In this document: positions 9,424 through 18,468 of the stretch, piece after piece
How the letters are laid out: each line of letters begins with the position of its first letter
How positions within the stretch are numbered: the stretch's first letter is position 1
IMG/VR virus record: IMGVR_UViG_3300011113_000500
Span: 4,396 to 68,395 of that record
DNA length: 64,000 bases
Strand: one strand, 5' to 3'
Origin: a virus
Notes under the pieces: generated by a model
Told to the model about the DNA's origin: nothing
What the model saw: only the letters and a program-made list of their open reading frames with translations
Database searches by the model: none
Program-made: the position numbers and the translations under genes

Positions 9424-10011
9424 TTAAGGTATAAATAATATTGTTGGGTTGTCTTTATGTATTTCTATATCTGGGTACTTAGTTTTAAACGTCTCTGTAT
9501 CAAACGGCTCTGTAATCAAATGGCATCCGTTTCTAGTTTCAATGACAGCCAAACATTTTGATTGACCGAATGGTTTACATTCATAATCAATAGTAGCTAG
9601 CATTAACGGATCCGGAAAGCTCGTACCGTCACAATCTAATATCCATGTCTTAGTCTCTCTCGGTTCACCATTGTTACGGCCGATGGTAGTTTCTAAACTA
9701 GATTTGATTCCTTCATATTGACTATTTGCAATCAACTCGGCATTATGCCGTAAGCATTCAAAACTAATTGTACTCCACTTCCTTCGGTTCAAATGAATAT
9801 AGGCTCTGGCATTGAATGCCTCACACATTTGAATTATCTCCTTTTCATTCTTATCAAACTTTTCTAAGCTTGAAATCATATAGGAACGAATAACTCTATT
9901 GCTAGATCCTAATTCAGGATGTTCCTTTTTGCGTTGAATGATCTGAATGAAGTAAAAGTAATCTTCTTCAAACTTCAACATCTTTCTTATTTGATCGAAA
10001 TTATATACCAT
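9424..10011 (-). CDS. Putative AEP/PrimPol-superfamily protein
   Basis: hhhDxD (WILDCD) and TxxGxH (ETRNGCHL) resemble AEP motifs I and II. Confidence 0.45.
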   Translation of the reverse strand: MVYNFDQIRKMLKFEEDYFYFIQIIQRKKEHPELGSSNRVIRSYMISSLEKFDKNEKEIIQMCEAFNARAYIHLNRRKWSTISFECLRHNAELIANSQYEGIKSSLETTIGRNNGEPRETKTWILDCDGTSFPDPLMLATIDYECKPFGQSKCLAVIETRNGCHLITEPFDTETFKTKYPDIEIHKDNPTILFIP

Positions 10012-10252
10012 TGGTCAATGCTTTAACTAGTCCATTATCAGTTCTATTATATTCTGAGTAGTCAACGTATCCTAACTCAACTAACTTTGCTCTATAACAA
10101 TCCAACTCTTCGTCTGTCATGATCGCAAATAGTTTAAAGATACGTGCTTCAGCATCTGATGCTAACTCTGCATTCTCATCATACTTCTCCGTAGTTGATT
10201 GCTCATAGCAATGAATGCATTCTTTAACTTTATCTGTGTAATGTTCGCTCAT
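10001..10252 (-). CDS. Hypothetical protein
   Basis: 83 aa ORF. Confidence 0.55.
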   Translation of the reverse strand: MSEHYTDKVKECIHCYEQSTTEKYDENAELASDAEARIFKLFAIMTDEELDCYRAKLVELGYVDYSEYNRTDNGLVKALTNGI

Positions 10253-10470
10253 ATACCTTGCTCCATTTTAAGTTGTTGTTCGTGATGTTCAACCTCGCTA
10301 TAAACCGCTAAGTTGAGATAGGTATTATTCCAGGCTTGATGGAATAGGTATTCAGAAGCCCATTCAGGCTCAAGCGTACGAAGAATTCCTGCTTCATAAT
10401 CTGAGATCTTTACTTTAAGCTTAAGATCTGCTATTAACTTGTCTAATAATTGTTCTACTGTGTATGTCAT
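10249..10470 (-). CDS. Hypothetical protein
   Basis: 73 aa ORF preceded by AATAACCCCT. Confidence 0.6.
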   Translation of the reverse strand: MTYTVEQLLDKLIADLKLKVKISDYEAGILRTLEPEWASEYLFHQAWNNTYLNLAVYSEVEHHEQQLKMEQGI

Positions 10471-10482
10471 AGGGGTTATTTA

Positions 10483-10836
10483 TTACTTTTTAAATCCAAC
10501 AAATTTAACATCAAGGTCTTTAACATATCCGCCGTCAACCAATTCAGGCCAACAAAATTCATTCAGCCAATGGTTTGGTACCATTTCCAATTCTTTACAA
10601 GCATCATCATAAATGCCTTGTATATCGTAACCATATCCGTGGCCGTAAGCACAAACTGCTCTTGCAATGGCTCGTACATCTTCATCATCACATTCTTCAT
10701 ATGCATTGTTTAGAGCCGCGCGGATCGCTTGCTTCATGTTGGCCGAAACTTTATCGTTATGGTCATACATTTCTGAACTCCATGGTCTGGTAATCTCGAT
10801 ACCATACTCCATACCTAACACTTTTGTTTTACTCAT
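10483..10836 (-). CDS. Hypothetical protein
   Basis: 117 aa ORF preceded by AATAACCCCT. Confidence 0.65.
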   Translation of the reverse strand: MSKTKVLGMEYGIEITRPWSSEMYDHNDKVSANMKQAIRAALNNAYEECDDEDVRAIARAVCAYGHGYGYDIQGIYDDACKELEMVPNHWLNEFCWPELVDGGYVKDLDVKFVGFKK

Positions 10837-10849
10837 AGGGGTTATTTAT

Positions 10850-11026
10850 TTACGAATTAATATAATTTTCACATGCTTGGTGTGTACCAATAAACTTACT
10901 CTTACCGTTGACATCCACCACCTCATAGGCCATTGCTGTTGCTGGGCAATATGCACCATAACTATTCTCTGGGTAGTCACCCATTGTCTTACCGGTATAA
11001 TTAATTCTGAATCTTGGTTGATACAT
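10850..11026 (-). CDS. Hypothetical protein (58 aa)
   Basis: Hand translation MYQPRFRINY...YINS*, first ORF after a promoter module. Confidence 0.5.
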   Translation of the reverse strand: MYQPRFRINYTGKTMGDYPENSYGAYCPATAMAYEVVDVNGKSKFIGTHQACENYINS

Positions 11027-11035
11027 ATATCCTTC

Positions 11036-11186
11036 TTATTAATATTTCATAAAATTAAGGACATTATTTCAGAAAACCTAAGGAAAAGTTAACAAAGTTA
11101 CAGGAAAGTTGTAAGTAATTGATTATCAATGAGTTATAAGTCATTGATTATCAAGTGGTTATAAGTAATTGATTATTAAGTGGTTA
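11036..11186 (-). promoter_or_regulatory. Promoter module plus 3 tandem 25-bp palindromes (11112-11186)
   Basis: Three abutting units, e.g. TAAGTAATTGATTATCAATGAGTTA. Confidence 0.75.
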
Positions 11187-11217
11187 GATGATCCGTGTCT
11201 ATTGGGCTTGAGAATAC

Positions 11218-11895
11218 CTAATCTTGTACTTGTTTTTCTAACAAATTCTTATTCTTCCATATCTTTTTATCATACAACCGTAACTCTTTTTCAAACTCTT
11301 TAAACTGAATACCTTTGAAGTAATCTATTGTGGGATAGTACATTTGATTATATTTTACCTGCAGTTGTTTCAGTTCTTCATATTCCTTCTTAGTCATTTT
11401 TACTAATTGAATGATATCTCCACGATCAATACTAAACATGTTATAGTCATCTAAATTAATAAAATATACATAGTTATACGGCGGGATCGTATATAATAGA
11501 CTAGGTCCAGCTGCCATTTCACGTATTGTAAGATTCAGTTCATCTGCCCATTTATATGTAGTATCGGCTACATACTGAATACTATCCACTTTTAGACTTA
11601 ACCGTGTAACTAGTTTTGATAAACTATCAACCTTCTGTGTATTTGAAACTTCAACGAATACTACCTTCTGTTCATACTTTGTGATAGTATCTGTCTGCAT
11701 TTTGATAATCGATTGCATATCACGAAACTTTTTATTAATAGCGTTAGCCTGTTCAATGGTCATAACAACTACTGGCGTTCTACCATCATCATCTACTGTT
11801 TCGTAAGGATATTTACTCTTGGTCGGTTGGGACTTCAAGGTTCCAATTGGACCTAGGGCGAGCAGGAGCAGGAGTAGGGATAGGAGTGTTTTCAT
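11218..11895 (-). CDS. Secreted/periplasmic coiled-coil protein of the lysis cassette
   Basis: N-terminal signal peptide; overlaps the upstream gene by 83 nt. Confidence 0.6.
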   Translation of the reverse strand: MKTLLSLLLLLLALGPIGTLKSQPTKSKYPYETVDDDGRTPVVVMTIEQANAINKKFRDMQSIIKMQTDTITKYEQKVVFVEVSNTQKVDSLSKLVTRLSLKVDSIQYVADTTYKWADELNLTIREMAAGPSLLYTIPPYNYVYFINLDDYNMFSIDRGDIIQLVKMTKKEYEELKQLQVKYNQMYYPTIDYFKGIQFKEFEKELRLYDKKIWKNKNLLEKQVQD

Positions 11896-12115
11896 AAGCT
11901 TGTACTTGTTCAGTTAAAGTTGTAACCTGCTCTGTTAACTGTTGATTTTCAGTAGCAAGTTTTTTATTCTCATCTGTTAAGGTCTTGTTCTCTTCTGTTA
12001 ATGTAACATTTTCTTCTACAACCGTAACATGGCCATCACCGGCCAAAAACACATTAGCTATAACTAAGCCTATAACTGCTAACAAAACTCCGTATAAAAC
12101 TAATTTCTTTTTCAC
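11813..12115 (-). CDS. Putative i-spanin-like protein
   Basis: N-terminal TM helix, heptad repeats (LTEENKTLTDENKKLATEN), Pro-rich tail; downstream of lysozyme and holins. Confidence 0.5.
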   Translation of the reverse strand: MKKKLVLYGVLLAVIGLVIANVFLAGDGHVTVVEENVTLTEENKTLTDENKKLATENQQLTEQVTTLTEQVQAYENTPIPTPAPARPRSNWNLEVPTDQE

Positions 12116-12393
12116 TTTTTAGATTTACTTAATAAGATTATTTCTCTCAAGTCCTTAAGTGCCTGCGTATTATTATCTAACGCACCTTGGATCTTACCAG
12201 TATCTGTTTTAATATAATCGTTAAGTTCTTTTTGTAGATCTTCTACTTTTTTCTTTAACGAATCTTCAGATGCCAATTGACGTTTTAACATATACCATAG
12301 GACAGCTCCTAATCCAAGTACAATGACACCTAATGCACCGTACTGGGTTAGTACTTCAAATGGACCAAATGATTGTGCTTGTAGTAGGATCAT
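12112..12393 (-). CDS. Putative holin-like membrane protein
   Basis: Single TM QYGALGVIVLGLGAVLWY then coiled coil; next to the endolysin. Confidence 0.55.
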   Translation of the reverse strand: MILLQAQSFGPFEVLTQYGALGVIVLGLGAVLWYMLKRQLASEDSLKKKVEDLQKELNDYIKTDTGKIQGALDNNTQALKDLREIILLSKSKK

Positions 12394-12581
12394 TTTCTAT
12401 CTCTTAACTCTTTTTCTAGTTCATCTATTTTAGCTTGTAGTCTATCCTTCTCAGCCATGTTACGTTTAAACATGTACCATCCTACAGCTCCTAATGCCAA
12501 CACTACTAAGCCTAATGCTCCATAGTCTATTAATTTTTCGAAAACACCAAATTCAGGTGCTTGTAAAAAGATTTGTTTCAT
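12390..12581 (-). CDS. Putative holin-like membrane protein, paralog of 12112-12393
   Basis: DYGALGLVVLALGAVGWYMFKR. Confidence 0.55.
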   Translation of the reverse strand: MKQIFLQAPEFGVFEKLIDYGALGLVVLALGAVGWYMFKRNMAEKDRLQAKIDELEKELRDRK

Positions 12582-12592
12582 AAGGGATCACT

Positions 12593-13054
12593 TTATTTTG
12601 AAAAATATAAATCGGCTTCAGCCGTTCTTCTAGTTACTAATCCTTTCAATACCTTTCCGCCGGCCTTCGTCCATTTCATAAACTCGTCTCTAATAGACGG
12701 GTCTGTAGGATTAGCATTTACTTTTTTTAGTAAGGTACTGTTCTTAAGATTTGCAGGACCTAAGTTATAACAAAACGATACTAAAGCATCGAATTGAAAT
12801 TGGTTGATATCATCACGGCAATATGAATCTACATACTTAGCAAACTTATGTAGTTCATGTTTTAATAATTCTATACCACGTTCTTCCGTGATTGCAGGAT
12901 CATTCATAGATACTTTAGTACCGTTTTCATAGAATGTGTTACCATATCCTATGGTAGGAATACCTGCAGGACATTTATACGGTTTGGATGACCAGCCTTC
13001 GAACTTCTTAACTAAGTTAATACAGTTACTGGATGCGTTAGTGATTTTTTCCAT
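12593..13054 (-). CDS. Endolysin, GH24 lysozyme
   Basis: FEG...YKCPAGIPTIGYG, QFDALVSFCYNLG, GLVTRRTAEADLY. Confidence 0.95.
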   Translation of the reverse strand: MEKITNASSNCINLVKKFEGWSSKPYKCPAGIPTIGYGNTFYENGTKVSMNDPAITEERGIELLKHELHKFAKYVDSYCRDDINQFQFDALVSFCYNLGPANLKNSTLLKKVNANPTDPSIRDEFMKWTKAGGKVLKGLVTRRTAEADLYFSK

Positions 13055-13081
13055 AATATTCTCTCCAGTAATAAATATACT

Positions 13082-13816
13082 TTACTGCTCGATTTTTCCT
13101 ATTCTAAACTTTCCATTTTCATGAATTAAGTACTGCCCCTCATCTAAAGCATCGATAAAGAAATACCTACCACCTGTAGCCTTACCCGTATCGATCCTCT
13201 TTACTTGAGTATGACCTACAATCTGTATATAATCTTTTTTCAAGAATGTTTTCTTGTTACCGGACATCAATGACATCGGGCGGATCCAGATAGGTGTTTG
13301 TGTTTTTGAATCACCATATGGATTGAATCCACAAAACATAAACTGAAGTGGCTTGTATTTCCAGATATCATTTACATAGTCAGCAATACTTCCTGATTCG
13401 TACTTTTCTTGTTCTACCAACCAGTTATGACCTATACCTGCATGGGAACATAAAATGTTATCAAACTGATAGCACATTTGTAAGTGATCCTTGTTCTCTT
13501 CTAACAATTGTCTAATAACAGGAGCTGCACCGTGTTGGTAACCTGAGTATGTTTCACCAAAAGGGAAATAATGGTAATCGTGGTTACCAATCAACATGAT
13601 AACCTGAGTCTTTCGTTGAGTATCTAATCCTTCATCTGTAAAAGCAGTTTCTTTGTATTCAATGATCTCTTTGAAATTGTATTGCTGTTCCGCACTACCG
13701 ATATTAAAGCTATCAAAGTAATCGCCTATAAAGATAACACGATCCGCATTTTCTCTTGCTACGATATCCTTCCATATGGATCGGCCGTGAATATCTCCGA
13801 TGAATATTGTTTTCAT
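13082..13816 (-). CDS. Metallophosphoesterase
   Basis: GDIHG, GDYFD, GNHD, SHAG, VGHT. Confidence 0.9.
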   Translation of the reverse strand: MKTIFIGDIHGRSIWKDIVARENADRVIFIGDYFDSFNIGSAEQQYNFKEIIEYKETAFTDEGLDTQRKTQVIMLIGNHDYHYFPFGETYSGYQHGAAPVIRQLLEENKDHLQMCYQFDNILCSHAGIGHNWLVEQEKYESGSIADYVNDIWKYKPLQFMFCGFNPYGDSKTQTPIWIRPMSLMSGNKKTFLKKDYIQIVGHTQVKRIDTGKATGGRYFFIDALDEGQYLIHENGKFRIGKIEQ

Positions 13817-13820
13817 ATTA

Positions 13821-14093
13821 TTAGTCTATTGTTCGTATATATTGATAACTATCAAAGTAAAAACTATAACCAGCATTCTTAAGTTCTTTTGATATGCGAT
13901 AAGCAATGTGACCACGTGGCTCCGTATCAGTAACCTCGCTATGCTTAGCTTCTATCTTAGCCACTCCTTCTTTTAACATCACTGCCATTTCATCCGCAGT
14001 GTACCTACGCTTAGAATGAATCTTCTTGGTTAGTTTTTCTACTAGTGATTGGCAAGCCTTGTCGCCTTTCTTGGTAAACATTTCAAATTCCAT
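13821..14093 (-). CDS. Hypothetical protein
   Basis: 90 aa ORF. Confidence 0.6.
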   Translation of the reverse strand: MEFEMFTKKGDKACQSLVEKLTKKIHSKRRYTADEMAVMLKEGVAKIEAKHSEVTDTEPRGHIAYRISKELKNAGYSFYFDSYQYIRTID

Positions 14094-14106
14094 AACTTTG
14101 GTTTTT

Positions 14107-14361
14107 TTATTTATACTTGTTGTAAATTGATTCTATTGTCTTTAAGTCCTCGTCGCTCATTGCATAGAACTTCTTGCCAAGAACTATACATCGATCCATG
14201 TGCTCATTTTCTAACATGCTACCTATCATGTTACCTTCTGGTAAAAGTACATAACCGTCTTTAACAAGCAAGTCGATCAATTCTTCGCGCTCACCTCTAC
14301 CGCAATTGTCAAGAAATTCTTCTGGATCGATGTCCATACTGTCTATATAAAATACTGGCAT
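14107..14361 (-). CDS. Hypothetical protein
   Basis: 84 aa ORF. Confidence 0.6.
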   Translation of the reverse strand: MPVFYIDSMDIDPEEFLDNCGRGEREELIDLLVKDGYVLLPEGNMIGSMLENEHMDRCIVLGKKFYAMSDEDLKTIESIYNKYK

Positions 14362-14362
14362 A

Positions 14363-14719
14363 CTATTTTAGGATTTTGTGAATTTGAATGTTAACTCTGC
14401 GTTTAAAGCATTTCCATGTTTTGCTAAAAGACTGATCCGCTTCTCCGTTATGAAATAGATACTCTTTGCACTTATTCAATCTTAACGTAATACCATGACG
14501 ATATTCTTTAGTCAATTCAAAGAATGTATTCTTATGAAGCATGTGATCATTGATCCAAACGCCTCCTGGTATTTTACCATTACATCCTTGCCATGTAACC
14601 AAACGCGTACGGCTTTCATTGAAAATGTCAAATAGGAAGATGTCAATGGTGTGATCATCTAAATTAGGCTGAAACCATAGCTCATGGGTGCCTTGCTCAA
14701 TGGATAATTTTTGTATCAT
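14363..14719 (-). CDS. Hypothetical protein
   Basis: 118 aa ORF after a promoter module. Confidence 0.6.
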   Translation of the reverse strand: MIQKLSIEQGTHELWFQPNLDDHTIDIFLFDIFNESRTRLVTWQGCNGKIPGGVWINDHMLHKNTFFELTKEYRHGITLRLNKCKEYLFHNGEADQSFSKTWKCFKRRVNIQIHKILK

Positions 14720-14722
14720 ATC

Positions 14723-14873
14723 TTTTAATTAGATCATAAAGATAAGTACAATATTTCAGATAGACAAGAAAAAAGTAAGAAAAGTTTCAGAAAAGTTGTA
14801 TCTTATTGATAATGAACTAGTTATAATCAATTGATTATCAATGAGTTATAAGTCATTGAAAATCAACAAGTTA
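14723..14873 (-). promoter_or_regulatory. Promoter module plus 3 tandem 25-bp palindromes (14799-14873)
   Basis: ttttaattagatcataaagataagtacaatatttcag, near-identical to 3454 and 7292. Confidence 0.75.
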
Positions 14874-14895
14874 AATGGCTTATGTTTAAAGGGCT

Positions 14896-15372
14896 CTAGT
14901 TGCACCCTTTTTTCACCTTCTTTTCTAAAGCATCTAAAGCATTGTATGTAGATTCACGGCCCGGATCTGGAAGTACTTCCATATACATCATTACCAATCC
15001 ACTATCATTTGTATCATAGTATTCTGTTTGCAATGTACGTGGAGCAAATCCTTTTTTAAGATCGGTTATCATTTGCAATATCTCTTGCTCGCGTTGTGCC
15101 AATGAATTGGTACATTCTTGTTGATTGAATACAATCTTCTTATTTAAGTCTACAATACGATCGCCTTGGTCTATTAATGCATGATGTAAAGAATCTATTT
15201 CAGCTCGTTGTTCTTTTATCTGTACTTGCAACTCTTTATTGTCAGGAGCAAATCCTTTAACTATCGAAGGACCTAATGAAATCACTGTAATTGTTATTAA
15301 CAGTAATACTAACGCTATTATACGTTGCTTTCTAGAAAACTTGTTTAATATGTTAGGAACGTCTAATGACAT
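14896..15372 (-). CDS. Membrane-anchored coiled-coil protein
   Basis: TM segment IIALVLLLITITVISLG followed by coiled coil. Confidence 0.6.
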   Translation of the reverse strand: MSLDVPNILNKFSRKQRIIALVLLLITITVISLGPSIVKGFAPDNKELQVQIKEQRAEIDSLHHALIDQGDRIVDLNKKIVFNQQECTNSLAQREQEILQMITDLKKGFAPRTLQTEYYDTNDSGLVMMYMEVLPDPGRESTYNALDALEKKVKKGCN

Positions 15373-15656
15373 TAGTTATTCTCTGGATTATGATCTATTG
15401 GATATTCTTCTTGTCCAATCACATCATCTTCAAAGTTTGGTTCCAATGTATTAGGATCAACTTGTTCTTCGAAAGGAATATCACGTACAGGTAATGTAGG
15501 ATCGCCATAACATCCACCGCCGGTATTATCATCCGCCGGGCAACATTTTTCTGTATTGTTTGGATCTAAACAACTAGGACATGTACAATTGTTATGTTTG
15601 CACGCTGTTAACGATAATACTACAAACAAAGTTCCTAAAGTAAGCATTTTTCTCAT
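15372..15656 (-). CDS. Cys-rich putative lipoprotein
   Basis: Lipobox LTAC, then CTCPSC...CC...C and an acidic tail. Confidence 0.6.
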   Translation of the reverse strand: MRKMLTLGTLFVVLSLTACKHNNCTCPSCLDPNNTEKCCPADDNTGGGCYGDPTLPVRDIPFEEQVDPNTLEPNFEDDVIGQEEYPIDHNPENN

Positions 15657-15904
15657 CGTTGGCTCCTTTTCTTAAGCATTTCTATTTTATGTTTCAATTC
15701 TTCGTCGTCATAAAGACCTTCGGCTTCATCTTCACGTGCAGCCTTTAATCTAAATCTTAATCGATCGAAATCTGATTCGTTCTTCTTTTTTTTTATTACG
15801 ATCTGTTCAACTGGTTCACGTGGATCGATCCTATCTAACAATAGTCCCCAGCGTTTCATTACGCGCTTGCGCAATGCCAACCATATTTTTTTTAATCGTA
15901 TCAC
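15653..15904 (-). CDS. Hypothetical basic protein
   Basis: 83 aa ORF. Confidence 0.5.
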   Translation of the reverse strand: MIRLKKIWLALRKRVMKRWGLLLDRIDPREPVEQIVIKKKKNESDFDRLRFRLKAAREDEAEGLYDDEELKHKIEMLKKRSQR

Positions 15905-15935
15905 TATCAGATTCGTTCATACAATAATAAATATA

Positions 15936-16412
15936 CTAATTATTGGACTTTACCGTACATTCTTCTTCTGGAGTATATACTCCTATCTTCTCGTTATGTA
16001 GCAAGCCTTTACCATATTTGGTAAGACGTTCCTGATAACGTTGTTTAACGTAGTCATTGATTGGTATTGCATTACCTTCTTCATCTATTCTAACAAATTT
16101 AATCTTGGTCTGTGTTACTATAGTTTGTGTACCTGTATAAACATTATGCTTACGTACTTCTATATAAAGTGTCAAAGATGTCTTTCCAAACTCTTCAACC
16201 TTACCGTACAACTTAAGGATCGATCCTACCTTTACTGGTTGTTTGAAAAGTAATTCATCGATCTTTAAAGTAACTATCTTAGGCGTATCACAAATTTGTG
16301 CAGCGTAGCTTGCCGCGGCATCATCTATCAATGATAATAGTACACCGCCAAACATGTTGTCATGTACTCCTATATCCGACTTCTTACAAATATATGTTGT
16401 TATTAATTCCAT
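15936..16412 (-). CDS. Acyl-CoA thioesterase (HotDog fold, YciA-like)
   Basis: HDNMFGGVLLSLIDDAA, LFKQPVKVG, FVRIDEEG. Confidence 0.85.
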   Translation of the reverse strand: MELITTYICKKSDIGVHDNMFGGVLLSLIDDAAASYAAQICDTPKIVTLKIDELLFKQPVKVGSILKLYGKVEEFGKTSLTLYIEVRKHNVYTGTQTIVTQTKIKFVRIDEEGNAIPINDYVKQRYQERLTKYGKGLLHNEKIGVYTPEEECTVKSNN

Positions 16413-16544
16413 ACTAATTACTGTTTACTACTGCTAACAGAATTAGTGACAGTGATAATATCAATACTATGATTGACATGAGCATGTCTTTGTAACTCTG
16501 TTTCATTGTTTTGAAAAATGTTTTTATAAGCTATATAACGATCG

Positions 16545-16838
16545 TCACTTCTCATGATATTCTTTATTAGCTCTAGCTTTGAGATCCTCTAGGAACTCAT
16601 CACGTTGTCCAATTAGATACTTCTCACGTTCAACTAATCGCGCTCGTTCTTCGTCGGTTAGTTTTAGTACTAACTCTTCTTTTTCTTGTATCATTTGTCT
16701 ATACTCATCCATTTGTTTATTGAATAGAGTATTTTGATAATACATTATTCCAACTAAAATAATGATCGTAAATGACTGTTCTTTAAGTTTACTTAAGAAC
16801 GTGTCTCCATAACTACTTACTTTAGTTTCGTTTTCCAT
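16545..16838 (-). CDS. Single-TM coiled-coil protein
   Basis: Probable start MENETK just after ATATTTAT. Confidence 0.55.
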   Translation of the reverse strand: MENETKVSSYGDTFLSKLKEQSFTIIILVGIMYYQNTLFNKQMDEYRQMIQEKEELVLKLTDEERARLVEREKYLIGQRDEFLEDLKARANKEYHEK

Positions 16839-16975
16839 ACTAATAAATATCAATTACTCATCAAATAAATCTTCTCCCTTATAATCAGGATGATTTTTTT
16901 GCATGTAATCAATTCCTCGAACCATTGCAATAGCTATTATAGTTGCTAATACAAATGAAATAATTGCTGATACTA

Positions 16976-17203
16976 TCATAAAAATAATTTTTTAAAGATT
17001 TCCCACTTTGATCGAAACTCTATTCGCTCAAACTTATTGTCTGAGTTTACAATCCAAGCGAACATACCACTGCTCCAACGCTTATAAGTACAACGTCTGC
17101 ATACCAGGTTCTTACCTTGATGCTCCGGACGTTGATAAGGTCTAGGGTTCTTGGTGAACATGAACAATGGATATGTTCGCTTACAATCAAAGCATTGCTT
17201 CAT
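16976..17203 (-). CDS. Zn-finger protein
   Basis: CxxC...CxxC. Confidence 0.6.
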   Translation of the reverse strand: MKQCFDCKRTYPLFMFTKNPRPYQRPEHQGKNLVCRRCTYKRWSSGMFAWIVNSDNKFERIEFRSKWEIFKKLFL

Positions 17204-17205
17204 AC

Positions 17206-17802
17206 TTACTTGATTATTTTCGTTGTATAAAACATTCCATTATCATCTACTAATGTAATAACATATGTACCAGCTGGAAGTATATCAGAGTTCATCTTAA
17301 TCGTAGTGCTAAAGTAATTATTCTCATACACACAAGATCCATCAACTGCATACATTCTTATCATACCCGAATTGGACGGTGTATTGATATTGAATATACC
17401 GTTAACTGGATTAGGCCATGTCTTAATATTATTAGTTAACTCTTCAGTTACTGAATCAACCCACGGCACTTGTATAGTGTAGGTAGCCACTTGCTGTCCT
17501 GCTCCTAAGTATAATACTGTATCTATACATTGTTCTACCATGCATGGAGCGTCTGAAATAACACATATGTTAAGTGATAGACTATCGATCCCAGGTAGTA
17601 TTCCTATATAATAGTTTCCAGCTGGCTGCTGATTGAACATTATAGATCCTTGGATACCGCCTCCGTAATAATATCCTACTACAGAATATGGACAAGGGCT
17701 GGCATTATCAATGTAAAGATTAAAGGAAGTGAATACCTGTGACGAAGCATTCAATCCGATGAATGCAAAAAGAGTTAAGAAAAGTAATTTGATCTGTTTC
17801 AT
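17206..17802 (-). CDS. Secreted protein with type IX secretion system type-A C-terminal sorting domain
   Basis: Signal peptide, and C-terminus IKTWPNPVNGIFNI...MYAVDG...LPAGTYVITL...TTKIIK. Confidence 0.85.
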   Translation of the reverse strand: MKQIKLLFLTLFAFIGLNASSQVFTSFNLYIDNASPCPYSVVGYYYGGGIQGSIMFNQQPAGNYYIGILPGIDSLSLNICVISDAPCMVEQCIDTVLYLGAGQQVATYTIQVPWVDSVTEELTNNIKTWPNPVNGIFNINTPSNSGMIRMYAVDGSCVYENNYFSTTIKMNSDILPAGTYVITLVDDNGMFYTTKIIK

Positions 17803-17820
17803 ATTGTTTATTTTTAGTTA

Positions 17821-18060
17821 TTATTCTATTGTTAGATTATCTTCTAGAAGCATCTCTCGGATAACATCTCTCAGCCTATAGCATACATCCATCTCTTCTT
17901 CAGTCGCTTCACCGTTACCTTGTAATGCAGCTCCATGTTTATGTACACTTCGAAGCTTTTGATCTAGTTCCCAAATGAGTTGTTTATACTTATGTCCGTC
18001 CATTGCTACACGAGCATCGTTTATCTCATCTTCTCCGAATTCAATTATTATTTTTGCCAT
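17821..18060 (-). CDS. Hypothetical protein
   Basis: 79 aa ORF. Confidence 0.6.
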   Translation of the reverse strand: MAKIIIEFGEDEINDARVAMDGHKYKQLIWELDQKLRSVHKHGAALQGNGEATEEEMDVCYRLRDVIREMLLEDNLTIE

Positions 18061-18455
18061 TAGTTTAAAGGTATTAAGTTATAAATCCAAGCGTAATCAT
18101 TATACTCGACAGCTAAAAAGTCTTCACCTGCTTCATTTTCTATTAAATAAAGTCTACAACGTTGTCCTGCCAGGTCATAGGCATACCAATACACTGCCGA
18201 TCCTTTTACTTCAACATCTTCAGATTCTGAATAGATTGTATAATGTTGCTTCACTGGAGAATTGATAGATATTTCTGTCGATTCGATTGTGATTAGTATT
18301 GATTCAATTTCCTTTGATCCGGTCCACTCAAAATCTTCCGTACGGGTGTTTTTAACTCCCATATTTAACGTAGTTGCTCTGGCATATACAGCATCTTGTG
18401 CATATCCAATCACTAAAAATAGTGATAATAAAAGTGTTGTAATTATTCTTTTCAT
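18060..18455 (-). CDS. Putative secreted protein
   Basis: Signal peptide ending GYA|Q, the typical Bacteroidota N-terminal Gln. Confidence 0.65.
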   Translation of the reverse strand: MKRIITTLLLSLFLVIGYAQDAVYARATTLNMGVKNTRTEDFEWTGSKEIESILITIESTEISINSPVKQHYTIYSESEDVEVKGSAVYWYAYDLAGQRCRLYLIENEAGEDFLAVEYNDYAWIYNLIPLN

Positions 18456-18468
18456 TTGTTTTATTTAT

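Noticed and set aside
11112-11186. 25-bp repeats as a CRISPR array
   Set aside because: Units abut with no spacers, are degenerate, and occur as 1-3 copies at many loci; no cas operon is present.
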